Both the position numbers and the translations under genes were made by a program. Of a stretch of 32,000 nucleotides of DNA, positions 1-9,385 are shown piece after piece (the first letter of the stretch is position 1; each line of letters starts with the position of its first letter). A model generated the notes under the pieces. That model was not told the origin of the DNA. It made no database searches and saw nothing but the letters and a program-made list of their open reading frames with translations. Source of the stretch: Nonlabens ponticola (GTDB taxonomy: Bacteria > Bacteroidota > Bacteroidia > Flavobacteriales > Flavobacteriaceae). Where the stretch lies: NCBI RefSeq assembly GCF_003966335.1, contig NZ_CP034549.1, positions 1,410,001 through 1,442,000 of the forward strand, read 5' to 3'.

Positions 1-170
1 TACATTCTCGACACTTATGTAATTCATGCAATAGCTTTTAGGGACAGATTATCGACCTGTGCAAAATTACGTTCAATTACTCGCTCTTGATCATGAGCAA
101 GAAGCAAACTTGCAGTAATATTCATGAGTGTGGATAAGATGCTTTTATGGTTGCTGTTTTGGGTGATTAT

Positions 171-184
171 GCTTTCGCGAAAGC
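171..184. repeat. Iterated palindrome copy 1, exact GCTTTCGCGAAAGC
   Basis: gattat[core]ggtaca. It lies in the leader region upstream of wza, within the doubtful ORF 24..206. Confidence 0.98.
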
Positions 185-290
185 GGTACAAAACGACATA
201 CAACACTGCACCCTAAAATAAACCGAACGATAAAGAGTTATATAACGTGGGATCGTGTGGATTTTAATAGGCTTTTTCTTAACTAAATTT

Positions 291-298
291 TATATTTA
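291..298 (+). promoter_or_regulatory. Candidate -7-like box TATATTTA upstream of wza
   Basis: It matches TAnnTTTG at 7 of 8 positions and ends 22 nt before ATG 321. The same 11-mer TATATTTACCG recurs at 27281. Confidence 0.25.
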
Positions 299-320
299 CC
301 GCTTACACCTCAAGGAAACT

Positions 321-1118
321 ATGCGTAAAGCTAGCTTACTACTATGGATAGCAATGATGTTGCTCGCGGCATCCTGCGTTCCTACCAATAAAATCACCTA
401 TTTACAGGAGTCAAAATCACAAGTCGTGGACAGTTTGAGCTATGTGCGCAAATTGCCGGCGCCTTACCGATTGCAGGTAGGCGATGTGCTCACGATCAAC
501 ATACGCACGGCGGTGGACGAAGAGAGTATCGCACCCATGTTTAGTATCGCGGGCGGCGCCACGGCCGATGACGGATCTGGCAATCCTTATTACACGGGTT
601 ACAATGTGGATACTCGAGGCGAGATACGCATGCCAGAGCTGGGCAAGATTAAGGTGCTGGGTCTCACGACAGATGAGGTGCGCATGAAACTGGAAAACAA
701 GATCAATAGCGAATATCTAAAAGAGGTCGCACAACTTTATATAACTGTAAAACTGGCTGGACTGCGCTATACCATGGTAGGTGAGGTGAGTGGTACCGGG
801 CAAAAGGTCATCTTTAGAGATCAGGTAAACGTGATTGAGGCCATTGCAGATGGTGGTGGCGTGCCGGTAACTGGCGACCTGACAAAGGTCAAGATCGTAC
901 GCAGTTATCCAGATGGTGTGCGCACGCACATCGTGGATGTTACAGATCTTGATATCGTGTACTCGCCATACTATTATATACAGCCCAATGACATGATTGT
1001 GGTAGATCCATTACCACAAAAAGCGCTGGGAACAGGTACCACTGGATTGAGTAGTTTTACCACTGTTTTATCCATCTTAACGGCGTTGACCACGGCAGTT
1101 TTACTTATTACTAGATAA
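321..1118 (+). CDS. wza: Wza-like polysaccharide export outer-membrane lipoprotein
   Basis: The track ORF is 255..1118 (GTG). I prefer the ATG at 321, which gives MRKASLLLWIAMMLLAASC, a lipoprotein-type signal peptide with Cys. It has a Poly_export-like motif (PAPYRLQVGDVLTINI), SLBB-like segments and a hydrophobic C-terminal helix as in Wza. Confidence 0.85.
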   Translation: MRKASLLLWIAMMLLAASCVPTNKITYLQESKSQVVDSLSYVRKLPAPYRLQVGDVLTINIRTAVDEESIAPMFSIAGGATADDGSGNPYYTGYNVDTRGEIRMPELGKIKVLGLTTDEVRMKLENKINSEYLKEVAQLYITVKLAGLRYTMVGEVSGTGQKVIFRDQVNVIEAIADGGGVPVTGDLTKVKIVRSYPDGVRTHIVDVTDLDIVYSPYYYIQPNDMIVVDPLPQKALGTGTTGLSSFTTVLSILTALTTAVLLITR

Positions 1119-1123
1119 AGCAG

Positions 1124-3598
1124 ATGGAAGAAGATAAAGAGGTAAACGCGCTTTCAGGCATATTTGATATCAAGCAATTTTTCCGCAAATTGCTCAAGTT
1201 GTGGTGGTTGCTGTTATTATGTCTCGCGATAGGCTTTTCCTATGCGTATTATAAGAATCAATTTATACAAACCTATTATGACGCTAGTTCTTTGATTTCT
1301 ATCAAAGACAATACAAACCCGCTATTCACTTCAAACCAAAGCCTTACTTTTAATTGGGGTGGCACTACTGACAAGGTGACTACCATTATTACTCAATTCA
1401 AGTCTCGTTCTCATGCAGAGCAGGTTGTTGATGATCTGCAATATTATGTGGAGTACATCAAGGAAGGCGATTATTATAATGTAGATGCCTATAAACAAAC
1501 GCCATTTTTTGTTTATGTAGATACCAGTCAGGCTCAATTGTATGGTAAGGAGCTGCGCATCACGGTGCTGGATCAGGATACCTTTGAGCTTTCCACTACA
1601 TTTACAGATGCCACAGCACCTGGATATGATTATGGTGGTAAAGAAAAGGTGACGCTCAAGGTTCCTGTAGGTGAGTGGAGCGAGCAGTTCAAATTTGGCG
1701 ATCCAGTGGCTCTAGACTTTTTGCACATTGACGTACAGCGTCGTGAGGAAACCATACCTGTAGGTGGTGAGTGGCTCATCAAATTTTCGGACTATTGGGC
1801 AACGGTTAATACTTACAAGGCTATAAGTGTAAGACCAACAGATGATGGTAGTTCTATTTTAAAATTGACCCTATCTGGTAGAAACAAGCAACGTCTTATA
1901 GATTATATCAATAGGAGTAGTGAAGTATTAGTACGTCAAGAATTAGAGCGAAAGAATAAATTTGCCGTGAGTACTATTATTTATATTGATAGTAGTCTAG
2001 CTTCAGAGGCTGATAGGCTTAAAAAATCAGAAAATGCTCTGGAAAATTTTAGAGGTAATAGTCAGCTAATCGATGCTAGTACTCAAAGCACCGATTTCAA
2101 CAATAAGTTGACTGATTATGAAATCCAGAAAAGAGATCTTAATAATAGGCTTAACTATCTTAACAATCTAGAGAGCTATCTGCGCAGCAAGACAGACTAT
2201 ACTAATATTCAAGCACCTAGTACGGTAGGTATATCCAGCGGTAGCATTTCACAATATGTAGGCCAGTTGGTACAATTATCTGCAGAGCGTAAGCGCAGGG
2301 AATTTAGCATGCGAGAGGACGCACCTATTTTTCAGGATCTTGATAGACGTATTGATGCAGTCAAGGATGTACTTTATGAGAATATCGAGAGTAATAAGGA
2401 TTTACTGCAAGATGAATTACAGAGTCTGAGTCGTGAGATCAACAGACTGGAATCACAGATACGTAGATTGCCTAAAGAGCAGCAGGAATTATTGAAAATT
2501 CAAAGACAAGTTGATATTACCCAACAAAGTTTTGATCTATTTAAGGCAAAACGTGCTGAAGCAGAATTAGTCAAAGCAGCAAACGTGTCTGATATTTATA
2601 TCATCGATGAAGCTAAGGATACTGGTAGTGGTGGAACTTCACGTGATGGTACCATAAATTATCTTATAGCTTTACTGATAGGTGTGACCATACCCATTAC
2701 CGTAGCTTTCGTTTTTACCATGTTGGATAATTTTATCCACTCACCTAAGGATCTAGAAAAGATCTCGCCAGTGCCATTAATAGGTGTTATAGGACGGATA
2801 GACCATCCTAATAATCTCGTGGCTTATGAAAAACCTAGATCTGCCGTGGCAGAGGCTTTCCGCGGGCTACGATCCAGCTTGCATTTTATGTACTCCACGC
2901 CTGCAATTCAAGGTACACGCACTATCATGGTCACGAGTAGCGTGAGTGGTGAAGGGAAGACATTTACTAGTATTAATCTGGCGACCATCTTTGCCATAAG
3001 TGGTAAGCGCACCGTGCTGGTAGGTCTCGATTTGCGCAAGCCTAAAATCTTTGATGATTTTAATGTTAAGAACAAGGTAGGTGTTTCTAATTTTCTAGTA
3101 AATGATGCCAGTATTGACGAGATTACCATGTCCACAGAAATTGAGAATCTTGACGTGATTTTGTCTGGACCTACACCGCCCAATCCCAGTGAGTTGATCA
3201 TGTCAGACAATATGGTGACCATGATTGAAAAGTTGAAGGAGCGTTATGATTATGTAATTCTTGACACGCCACCGGTAGGCCTGGTGGCAGACGCCATGGA
3301 AATTGCCCATTATGCAGATGCCACGCTTTATGTCGTGCGTCAAGGCTATACGCGCAAGGGTATGCTGGATATCGTCAATGAAAAGTATGTACGTAAAGAA
3401 TTTAAGAATGTGAGCTTGTTATTCAATTTCTTTAAGGATCAAGCCAGCTACGGTTATGGTTACGGTTACGGCTATGGATACGGTTATGGAGCTTACGGTA
3501 ATGGCTATCATGAGCAATATAAGAGTAAAAATAAGGCAGTACGTTTATTGCATAGATTAAGAAAGATTGTACCGCTTTCGCGAAAGCGTAATTCCTAA
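1124..3598 (+). CDS. wzc: Wzc-like chain-length determinant / bacterial tyrosine (BY) autokinase
   Basis: 824 aa with two TM segments flanking a long coiled-coil region. The C-terminal P-loop kinase has Walker A SSVSGEGKTF, Walker A' LVGLDLRKP and Walker B YVILDTPPVG, followed by a Tyr-rich tail. Confidence 0.9.
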   Translation: MEEDKEVNALSGIFDIKQFFRKLLKLWWLLLLCLAIGFSYAYYKNQFIQTYYDASSLISIKDNTNPLFTSNQSLTFNWGGTTDKVTTIITQFKSRSHAEQVVDDLQYYVEYIKEGDYYNVDAYKQTPFFVYVDTSQAQLYGKELRITVLDQDTFELSTTFTDATAPGYDYGGKEKVTLKVPVGEWSEQFKFGDPVALDFLHIDVQRREETIPVGGEWLIKFSDYWATVNTYKAISVRPTDDGSSILKLTLSGRNKQRLIDYINRSSEVLVRQELERKNKFAVSTIIYIDSSLASEADRLKKSENALENFRGNSQLIDASTQSTDFNNKLTDYEIQKRDLNNRLNYLNNLESYLRSKTDYTNIQAPSTVGISSGSISQYVGQLVQLSAERKRREFSMREDAPIFQDLDRRIDAVKDVLYENIESNKDLLQDELQSLSREINRLESQIRRLPKEQQELLKIQRQVDITQQSFDLFKAKRAEAELVKAANVSDIYIIDEAKDTGSGGTSRDGTINYLIALLIGVTIPITVAFVFTMLDNFIHSPKDLEKISPVPLIGVIGRIDHPNNLVAYEKPRSAVAEAFRGLRSSLHFMYSTPAIQGTRTIMVTSSVSGEGKTFTSINLATIFAISGKRTVLVGLDLRKPKIFDDFNVKNKVGVSNFLVNDASIDEITMSTEIENLDVILSGPTPPNPSELIMSDNMVTMIEKLKERYDYVILDTPPVGLVADAMEIAHYADATLYVVRQGYTRKGMLDIVNEKYVRKEFKNVSLLFNFFKDQASYGYGYGYGYGYGYGAYGNGYHEQYKSKNKAVRLLHRLRKIVPLSRKRNS
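3449..3508 (+). repeat. Imperfect hexanucleotide (TAY GGN) tandem repeat encoding the (YG)7-AYGNGY tail of Wzc
   Basis: Read directly: tac ggt tat ggt tac ggt tac ggc tat gga tac ggt tat gga gct tac ggt aat ggc tat. It is in frame with the ORF starting at 1124. Confidence 0.9.
3574..3587. repeat. Iterated palindrome copy 2, exact
   Basis: ttgtacc[core]gtaatt. It lies in the last 10 codons of wzc and is read as PLSRKR. Confidence 0.98.
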
Positions 3599-3603
3599 CA
3601 GCT

Positions 3604-4470
3604 ATGAAACAAGAAGAATGGCTGTATGAGATCAAGCCTAAAACTGCGCTTATACGCCTGAATTTTCAGGAGATATGGCGCTACCGTGACCTATTGATCC
3701 TGTTTGTAAAGCGCGACATAATTACTGTTTACAAGCAAACTATATTAGGACCTTTGTGGTATTTGATCCAGCCACTTTTTACCAGTGTGATTTTTACGTT
3801 GGTATTCAATGGTTTTGGTAATATCGATACGGGTGGCGTGAATCCCTTTCTATTCAATCTCGCTGGTATAACCATCTGGAATTATTTTAGGGATTGTTTG
3901 AATGGTACTAGTAACACCTTTGTGCAAAACGCTGGTATCTTTGGTAAGGTATATTTTCCGCGCGTGATTGTTCCTATGAGCGTGACCGTATCCAACGTTT
4001 TTAAGCTAGGGATACAGGTACTTATTTTTGTAGTGTTCTATATTTATTTCGCTTTTAAAGGTGGTGCAGGATCACCTAATGAGGCACTCGTATTATTTCC
4101 AGTGTACGTAGTTGTGATGGCACTCATAGGACTAGGGGCAGGCATGATCATAAGTAGTGCAACAACGAAATATAGAGACCTTACAGTTTTGGTGGGTTTT
4201 GGCGTGCAACTGTTGATGTACATTAGCGCCGTACCTTACTCTTTACAAGAGATCCAGGCATCAGACAAGGAATGGGTGCAAAAAGCCTTGCCCATTATAG
4301 AATGGAACCCACTGACACAGGTGATAGAAGGATTTAGATACATGACCATAGGTGTAGGATCTTTCGATATGGGCATGTTGGTTTATACCTGCGGGATAGG
4401 CGTTGTTGTTTTCTTATTGGGTTTGATAGTGTTTAATAGAACAGAGCGTTCTTTCATTGATACGGTTTAA
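3604..4470 (+). CDS. wzm: ABC-2 type polysaccharide/O-antigen exporter permease (Wzm-like)
   Basis: 288 aa with about 6 hydrophobic helices. The N-terminal motif (RYRDLLILFVKRDIITVYKQTILGPLWYLIQPL) is typical of the ABC-2/Wzm family, and the gene lies directly upstream of the ATPase. Confidence 0.85.
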   Translation: MKQEEWLYEIKPKTALIRLNFQEIWRYRDLLILFVKRDIITVYKQTILGPLWYLIQPLFTSVIFTLVFNGFGNIDTGGVNPFLFNLAGITIWNYFRDCLNGTSNTFVQNAGIFGKVYFPRVIVPMSVTVSNVFKLGIQVLIFVVFYIYFAFKGGAGSPNEALVLFPVYVVVMALIGLGAGMIISSATTKYRDLTVLVGFGVQLLMYISAVPYSLQEIQASDKEWVQKALPIIEWNPLTQVIEGFRYMTIGVGSFDMGMLVYTCGIGVVVFLLGLIVFNRTERSFIDTV

Positions 4471-4472
4471 GG

Positions 4473-5747
4473 ATGAGCGATATAATTCTCAAAGCAGAAA
4501 ATATAAGCAAACAGTACCGACTAGGTCTTATCGGTACAGGTACTCTGTCTCACGATTTGAATCGATGGTGGCATCTTATACGCGGTAAGGAAGATCCTTA
4601 TTTAAAGGTAGGTGCGGTCAATAAGCGCTCAGAAAAAGCAAGTCAAGAATACGTTTGGGCCTTAAAGGACATCAATTTTGAAGTTAAAAAGGGCGAGGTT
4701 CTAGGCATCATAGGTAAGAACGGTGCTGGCAAATCTACCTTACTCAAAATTCTTTCCCGAGTGACAAGCCCTACTACTGGCAGCATAAAAACCAAAGGCC
4801 GTATAGCAAGTTTATTAGAGGTAGGAACTGGTTTTCACCCAGAATTGACAGGTCGTGAAAACATTTATTTGAACGGTGCTATCCTAGGAATGAATAAAGC
4901 AGAAATTTCAACAAAAATAGATGAAATCGTTGCCTTCTCAGGCTGTGAAATGTACATAGATACGCCGACTAAGCGTTACAGTAGCGGTATGACCGTCAGA
5001 TTGGCCTTTGCGGTTGCGGCGTTTCTTGAACCAGACATACTAGTTGTAGATGAGGTTTTAGCAGTAGGTGATGCAGAGTTTCAAAAGAAGGCGATCGGTA
5101 AAATGCAGGATATTTCTAGCGGTGATGGACGTACCGTATTATTTGTAAGCCACAATATGGCTAGCGTTCAAAGTCTATGTACTAGAGGCATGATTCTTGA
5201 AAATGGATATGTATCCTTCTCTGGAAATATAGAAGAGTGTGTAGATAAGTATATCAATTCTTCAAGTCAAACGTTCTCTAGGGTAGATCTTGCTAGTAGA
5301 GATGGAATAGAAGTGTTAGATGTGTATATCAAAGATTTTCAACTTTTAAATCAGGAATCAAAGCCTGTGGAAACGGTGACGATTTCACAACCTGTAGGTT
5401 TTCAATTTGTGATTCCATCAAAACGAGAGATTGACATTACATCTCGCATTACAATCTTTGACTCATTTGATCAACGTCTTTTGGTATTTGACTCAGACCA
5501 TAGTAATGATCGATTTTATCTCAAACCAGGCGAGAATGTTGTTGAAGCAAGCTTACCAGCAGGTTTAGAACTTAAACCAGGTAATTACTATATAAACATT
5601 TCTATAAGGCATACTAACGAGTATCTAGATAGCTACATTAGGGTTTTGGAATTTGAAATTCAAGAAGAAGACTATTTTAATTCAAAAAAGCCTATTTCAG
5701 GAAATCTACCATTAGTGCTCAAAAAGAGCAACTGGAAATTATCTTAA
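4473..5747 (+). CDS. wzt: ABC polysaccharide exporter ATPase (Wzt-like) with ~170-aa C-terminal beta-rich extension (Wzt_C-type glycan-binding domain)
   Basis: Walker A GKNGAGKST, signature YSSGMTVRLAFA, Walker B ILVVDEVLAVGD, H-loop VSHN. The 424-aa length leaves an extra C-terminal domain (FSRVDLASRDGIEVLDVY...NYYINISI). Confidence 0.85.
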   Translation: MSDIILKAENISKQYRLGLIGTGTLSHDLNRWWHLIRGKEDPYLKVGAVNKRSEKASQEYVWALKDINFEVKKGEVLGIIGKNGAGKSTLLKILSRVTSPTTGSIKTKGRIASLLEVGTGFHPELTGRENIYLNGAILGMNKAEISTKIDEIVAFSGCEMYIDTPTKRYSSGMTVRLAFAVAAFLEPDILVVDEVLAVGDAEFQKKAIGKMQDISSGDGRTVLFVSHNMASVQSLCTRGMILENGYVSFSGNIEECVDKYINSSSQTFSRVDLASRDGIEVLDVYIKDFQLLNQESKPVETVTISQPVGFQFVIPSKREIDITSRITIFDSFDQRLLVFDSDHSNDRFYLKPGENVVEASLPAGLELKPGNYYINISIRHTNEYLDSYIRVLEFEIQEEDYFNSKKPISGNLPLVLKKSNWKLS

Positions 5748-5774
5748 GCTTACAACTAATAATTTCTTTACAAT

Positions 5775-6572
5775 TTGGATTTGGATAAGGAATACGAACT
5801 GCTTAGCAATAATACTGTTACTCACAACGGTAAAGAATACAGCTGCAGGACATTTAGTTTAGGTGATGTGATTTATAAAAAGGGAACCAATCCTATTTGC
5901 TTTAATGAAAATAGGTTTTTAAAAAAACTATCAAATTGTAAAAATTTCCCCAATGTTATAAATTTTGAGCAAGGCATTGAAGAATCTAGCATTACAATAA
6001 ACTTTGTCAAAGGGCAGCCTCTAGAAGATGAAATCAAGGGCAGCCATTATTTATCACATGCTCAAATTTGCCAAATTTTAGGCGGTTGCCTAGATATATT
6101 AATGCAGCTCGCACGGTATCAAATTATCCATAGAGATATCAGACCAGACAATATTATAATATCAAAAAATAAAGAACAATACATTCCTGTTCTCATCGAT
6201 TTTGGTTGGGGTAAATATGTACAAGAGCAAGATGTAATAACACCATCTTATCTGGGTGATATGCAGCGATTTCCTGGTACGCTTTTTAATGATAGCTATT
6301 CAATGGGATATTGTTTGATACCACTTAAAAGAACTGAGGCGTTGACTGAGCTCGTAAATAAATTCATGATGGTTGATCCAATTACGGATAAAAATTTTAA
6401 TCATGTCACACTGGTATTGAATGATCTAAAACAGGATCTTAAACATTATGAATCTAAAAAGATACAGGAGCAGTTCTATCTATGGTTTGAGTTTTTGAAA
6501 AAGCGCATTTCAGAGTCAAGAATAGGAGCAGCTTACAGGAAATCAATCACGAAAGAAGTCATTCATGATTAA
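5775..6572 (+). CDS. Small eukaryotic-like (Hanks-fold) kinase, possible glycan/sugar kinase
   Basis: TTG start. Catalytic loop HRDIRPDN at nt 6129-6152, DFG motif (IDFGWG) at nt 6198-6206, and a VIYKK beta3-lysine candidate. There is no clear Gly-rich loop, and at 265 aa it consists of a kinase domain only. Confidence 0.7.
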   Translation: MDLDKEYELLSNNTVTHNGKEYSCRTFSLGDVIYKKGTNPICFNENRFLKKLSNCKNFPNVINFEQGIEESSITINFVKGQPLEDEIKGSHYLSHAQICQILGGCLDILMQLARYQIIHRDIRPDNIIISKNKEQYIPVLIDFGWGKYVQEQDVITPSYLGDMQRFPGTLFNDSYSMGYCLIPLKRTEALTELVNKFMMVDPITDKNFNHVTLVLNDLKQDLKHYESKKIQEQFYLWFEFLKKRISESRIGAAYRKSITKEVIHD

Positions 6573-7500
6573 AGAAGATACTAGTGAGAAAATGGAGCAT
6601 GCGCTTGCGATCGTAATACCCTACTACAAAAAAGATTTTTTCAATGAATGTTTAAATTCTTTAAAAAATCAAACAAATAAAGATTTTAATCTGTACGTTG
6701 GAGATGATGCATCACCAGATGATCCTATTGAAGTCCTAAAACAATTTAAAGACGATCTAGATGTTAAGTATGTGCGTTTTGATAATAATCTAGGATCGAT
6801 TTCTTTGACTTCACAATGGATGCGTTGTCTAACCATGACATTAGATGAGCCATGGATAATGATATTGTGTGATGATGATTTACTATCACCAACTGTGGTA
6901 GATCAGTTTTATTTCCATAGACAACAAATAGAGAAGCATAATATTCAGGTAGTAAAATATGCTACTCAAGTAATAGATGGTAAAGGAGAACCCATCAGTA
7001 AAGTATATAAGCATCCTAGAATACAGCCTTATTCGAGAGTATTTGAAGAGCGTTTTTTTAAGGATGGACGCAGTTCTTTATCAGAGCATATGTTTACTCG
7101 TGGAGCTTATGAAAAACACGGTTTTAGAGACGTACCACTAGCTTGGCATGCAGATGATTATGCCTGGATGGACTTTTCTGAGTTTGGAGATATCTATAGT
7201 ATTAACGATGCGCTGGTGTTTTTCAGAATGTCAGATCAAAATATTTCTAGGGCTGATTATGAGCAAATCACAAAATGGACTGAGACATTTAAGTATTTCA
7301 ACTTTGTTCTAAAGCATAAGCGAGATTTTCTTCAAAAGGATCAGATCATTAAAGTAATCGATTATCTGGAATGGATGACTTATCAGTATGACATGAATAA
7401 GAAGGATCTAATTAACGCTATATTTTGGCAAACCTTGAGATATAAGGGTGGGATCAATCTTGCTAAATTTGTGCGCAGACTATATATAAACCGCTCATGA
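6565..7500 (+). CDS. GT-A fold (GT2-like) glycosyltransferase, paralog of 9385..10323
   Basis: LAIVIPYYKKDFFNECLNSLKNQTNKDFNLYVGDDASPDD plus a DDD motif (ILCDDDLL). It overlaps the upstream stop by 8 nt; an alternative ATG lies at 6592. Confidence 0.75.
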   Translation: MIKEDTSEKMEHALAIVIPYYKKDFFNECLNSLKNQTNKDFNLYVGDDASPDDPIEVLKQFKDDLDVKYVRFDNNLGSISLTSQWMRCLTMTLDEPWIMILCDDDLLSPTVVDQFYFHRQQIEKHNIQVVKYATQVIDGKGEPISKVYKHPRIQPYSRVFEERFFKDGRSSLSEHMFTRGAYEKHGFRDVPLAWHADDYAWMDFSEFGDIYSINDALVFFRMSDQNISRADYEQITKWTETFKYFNFVLKHKRDFLQKDQIIKVIDYLEWMTYQYDMNKKDLINAIFWQTLRYKGGINLAKFVRRLYINRS

Positions 7501-8453
7501 ATAAAAATAAATTAGTCTCCATTCTAATACCTATCTACAATCGTGAACACCTTATTGAACAAACACTTCAATCAATTTCTATTCAAACGTATAAAAACTT
7601 TGAATGTATCATCGTGGATGACGGCTCTACTGACGATACTGTTGGTGTGATTTCTGCTTTCGCGAAAGCTGATCCAAGATTTAAAATTTTCATAAGATCA
7701 AAGGATCGAACTAAAGGAGCAAATTCATGTAGGAATATCGCTTTTGAGAAGTCACGAGGGGAAATTATAAAGTGGTTTGATAGTGATGACATAATGCTTG
7801 AAGATCATTTGCAGCTAGCTACTCATGCACTTGAAGACGAGCAAATAGATTTTGTAGTATCAGAAAGTGAAATTTTTGTTGATGATAAAAAAAAAGGTGC
7901 CGCTCCTTTTCATTCCTCTAAAGACGCCTCATTGATAAGCCCGGAAAACTATGCAAAGTTCGTCGTTGGTTGGATTACAAATGACTTTACTTGTAAAAGA
8001 AACACCATTCTTAATACGCGTTTTAATGAAAGATTTAGAACTGCTGGAGATGAGTATAACTTCTTCATTAAATACTTGCATAACACAACGGCAGGTGCCT
8101 TCATAGATAGAGTGACAACTCTTTATAGGCAACATGACATATCGTTAAGTAGCGATGTTGATGTTGATGAAGTAAAATACCACACTAATATTTGTGAGAT
8201 AAAATACTTGTGTAGTAACGACATGATTGCTCTGAGTAATTATGAATTAGCAAATTGGTTTATGGACGGTTACATAAATCATGCACATATTTTAATGAGC
8301 AAATCCACAAGTATTCCTTTTCTACGATCGGCCTTTAAGGATCTAGAAATAATCAAAACGAGTACACATGCCAATTATTTAAGATTGGCTCAACTTTCGT
8401 TTAGAGTTTTTGGAAAGGGTTACTATTTCATTAGAAAAGCCCGCGGCAACTAA
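7497..8453 (+). CDS. Family 2 glycosyltransferase
   Basis: Classical GT2 N-terminus VSILIPIYNREHLIEQTLQSISIQTYKNFECIIVDDGSTDDT and DSDD motif. It has a 4-nt ATGA overlap with the upstream gene. Confidence 0.9.
   Translation: MNKNKLVSILIPIYNREHLIEQTLQSISIQTYKNFECIIVDDGSTDDTVGVISAFAKADPRFKIFIRSKDRTKGANSCRNIAFEKSRGEIIKWFDSDDIMLEDHLQLATHALEDEQIDFVVSESEIFVDDKKKGAAPFHSSKDASLISPENYAKFVVGWITNDFTCKRNTILNTRFNERFRTAGDEYNFFIKYLHNTTAGAFIDRVTTLYRQHDISLSSDVDVDEVKYHTNICEIKYLCSNDMIALSNYELANWFMDGYINHAHILMSKSTSIPFLRSAFKDLEIIKTSTHANYLRLAQLSFRVFGKGYYFIRKARGN
7656..7669. repeat. Iterated palindrome copy 3, exact
   Basis: gatttct[core]tgatcc. It lies in the GT2 gene 7497..8453 and is read as AFAKA. Confidence 0.98.
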
Positions 8454-8497
8454 TAAATTATAACTTGCAGATTTATTTCGCGATTTTCGTTTAATTC

Positions 8498-9385
8498 ATG
8501 TCAGATCTAATTTCCATTATAATCCCTAGCTACAATCAATCTTCCTACATGGAGGAAACACTTTCTAGTGTTCAAAATCAAACGTTTAAAAATTGGGAAT
8601 GTTTGATAATTGATGATGGTAGTACTGACAATACGCGAGAAGTTGCAGCAAGATGGACAGAAAAGGATTCAAGATTCAAGTATTATTTTAAAAAAAATGG
8701 CGGTGTAAGTTCTGCAAGAAATGTAGGATTGAATAACGCTTTGGGAGACTTCATACAGTTTTTAGATTGCGATGATATCTTGAAAAAGACAAAATTAGAG
8801 GTATCTATAAATGCATTTAATTCTAATCACCTAGTCACTAATATCGTATTGACCGATTTTAAAATGCTCAATCAAGGTAACATAGTCGGTGTTCCATATT
8901 GCAATTTGAAAAAAGAGTATTTCAATTTTGAAAGCGTACTTTTTGGCTGGAATTATGATTTTTCTATTCCCATTCATTGTGGACTGTTCAGAAAAGAGGT
9001 ATTTGAAAAACTACGTTTCTCAGTTGAATTATCAGCTCAAGAAGATTGGCTTTTATGGGTCAAAATATTTAGAGATTACGGCGATGGTTATTTTTTAAAT
9101 GAAGCATTGGTTTTATATCGCAAGAATGTTGACGGTAGAACGCAATCAGGTAGCTATATTCCGGATCAAATGGCGGTCTTAAAACTTCTCAAGAAGGAAT
9201 TAAATCATCAGTTGTACGAGAAATTGCTATTTGTTCTGATTGAGCGTTACCTAAGAATCATAGAAGACAGAACTTCGGCATTGAATGGTATAAAGTCAAC
9301 ACGCTCATATCAATTGGGGCGCAAATTGAGAAGAGCTTTCACTAGAATTGGTATCATCAAATATTTTGAAAATCTTCTGCCCTGA
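8498..9385 (+). CDS. Family 2 glycosyltransferase
   Basis: ISIIIPSYNQSSYMEETLSSVQNQTFKNWECLIIDDGSTDNT and a DCDD motif. Confidence 0.9.
   Translation: MSDLISIIIPSYNQSSYMEETLSSVQNQTFKNWECLIIDDGSTDNTREVAARWTEKDSRFKYYFKKNGGVSSARNVGLNNALGDFIQFLDCDDILKKTKLEVSINAFNSNHLVTNIVLTDFKMLNQGNIVGVPYCNLKKEYFNFESVLFGWNYDFSIPIHCGLFRKEVFEKLRFSVELSAQEDWLLWVKIFRDYGDGYFLNEALVLYRKNVDGRTQSGSYIPDQMAVLKLLKKELNHQLYEKLLFVLIERYLRIIEDRTSALNGIKSTRSYQLGRKLRRAFTRIGIIKYFENLLP

Noticed and set aside
1-12. The 12-mer TACATTCTCGAC is shared between positions 1..12 and 17161..17172.
   Set aside because: Tens of 12-mer coincidences are expected by chance in 32 kb, and there is no extended similarity around either copy.
24-206. 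A 60-aa minus-strand ORF at the window start, containing palindrome copy 1 read as RFRES.
   Set aside because: It has no recognisable motif, it is short, and it lies in what looks like the leader or promoter region of wza. I cannot support it as a gene. A plus-strand frame also runs open from the window edge to a stop at 88..90, so a truncated upstream gene end is equally possible.
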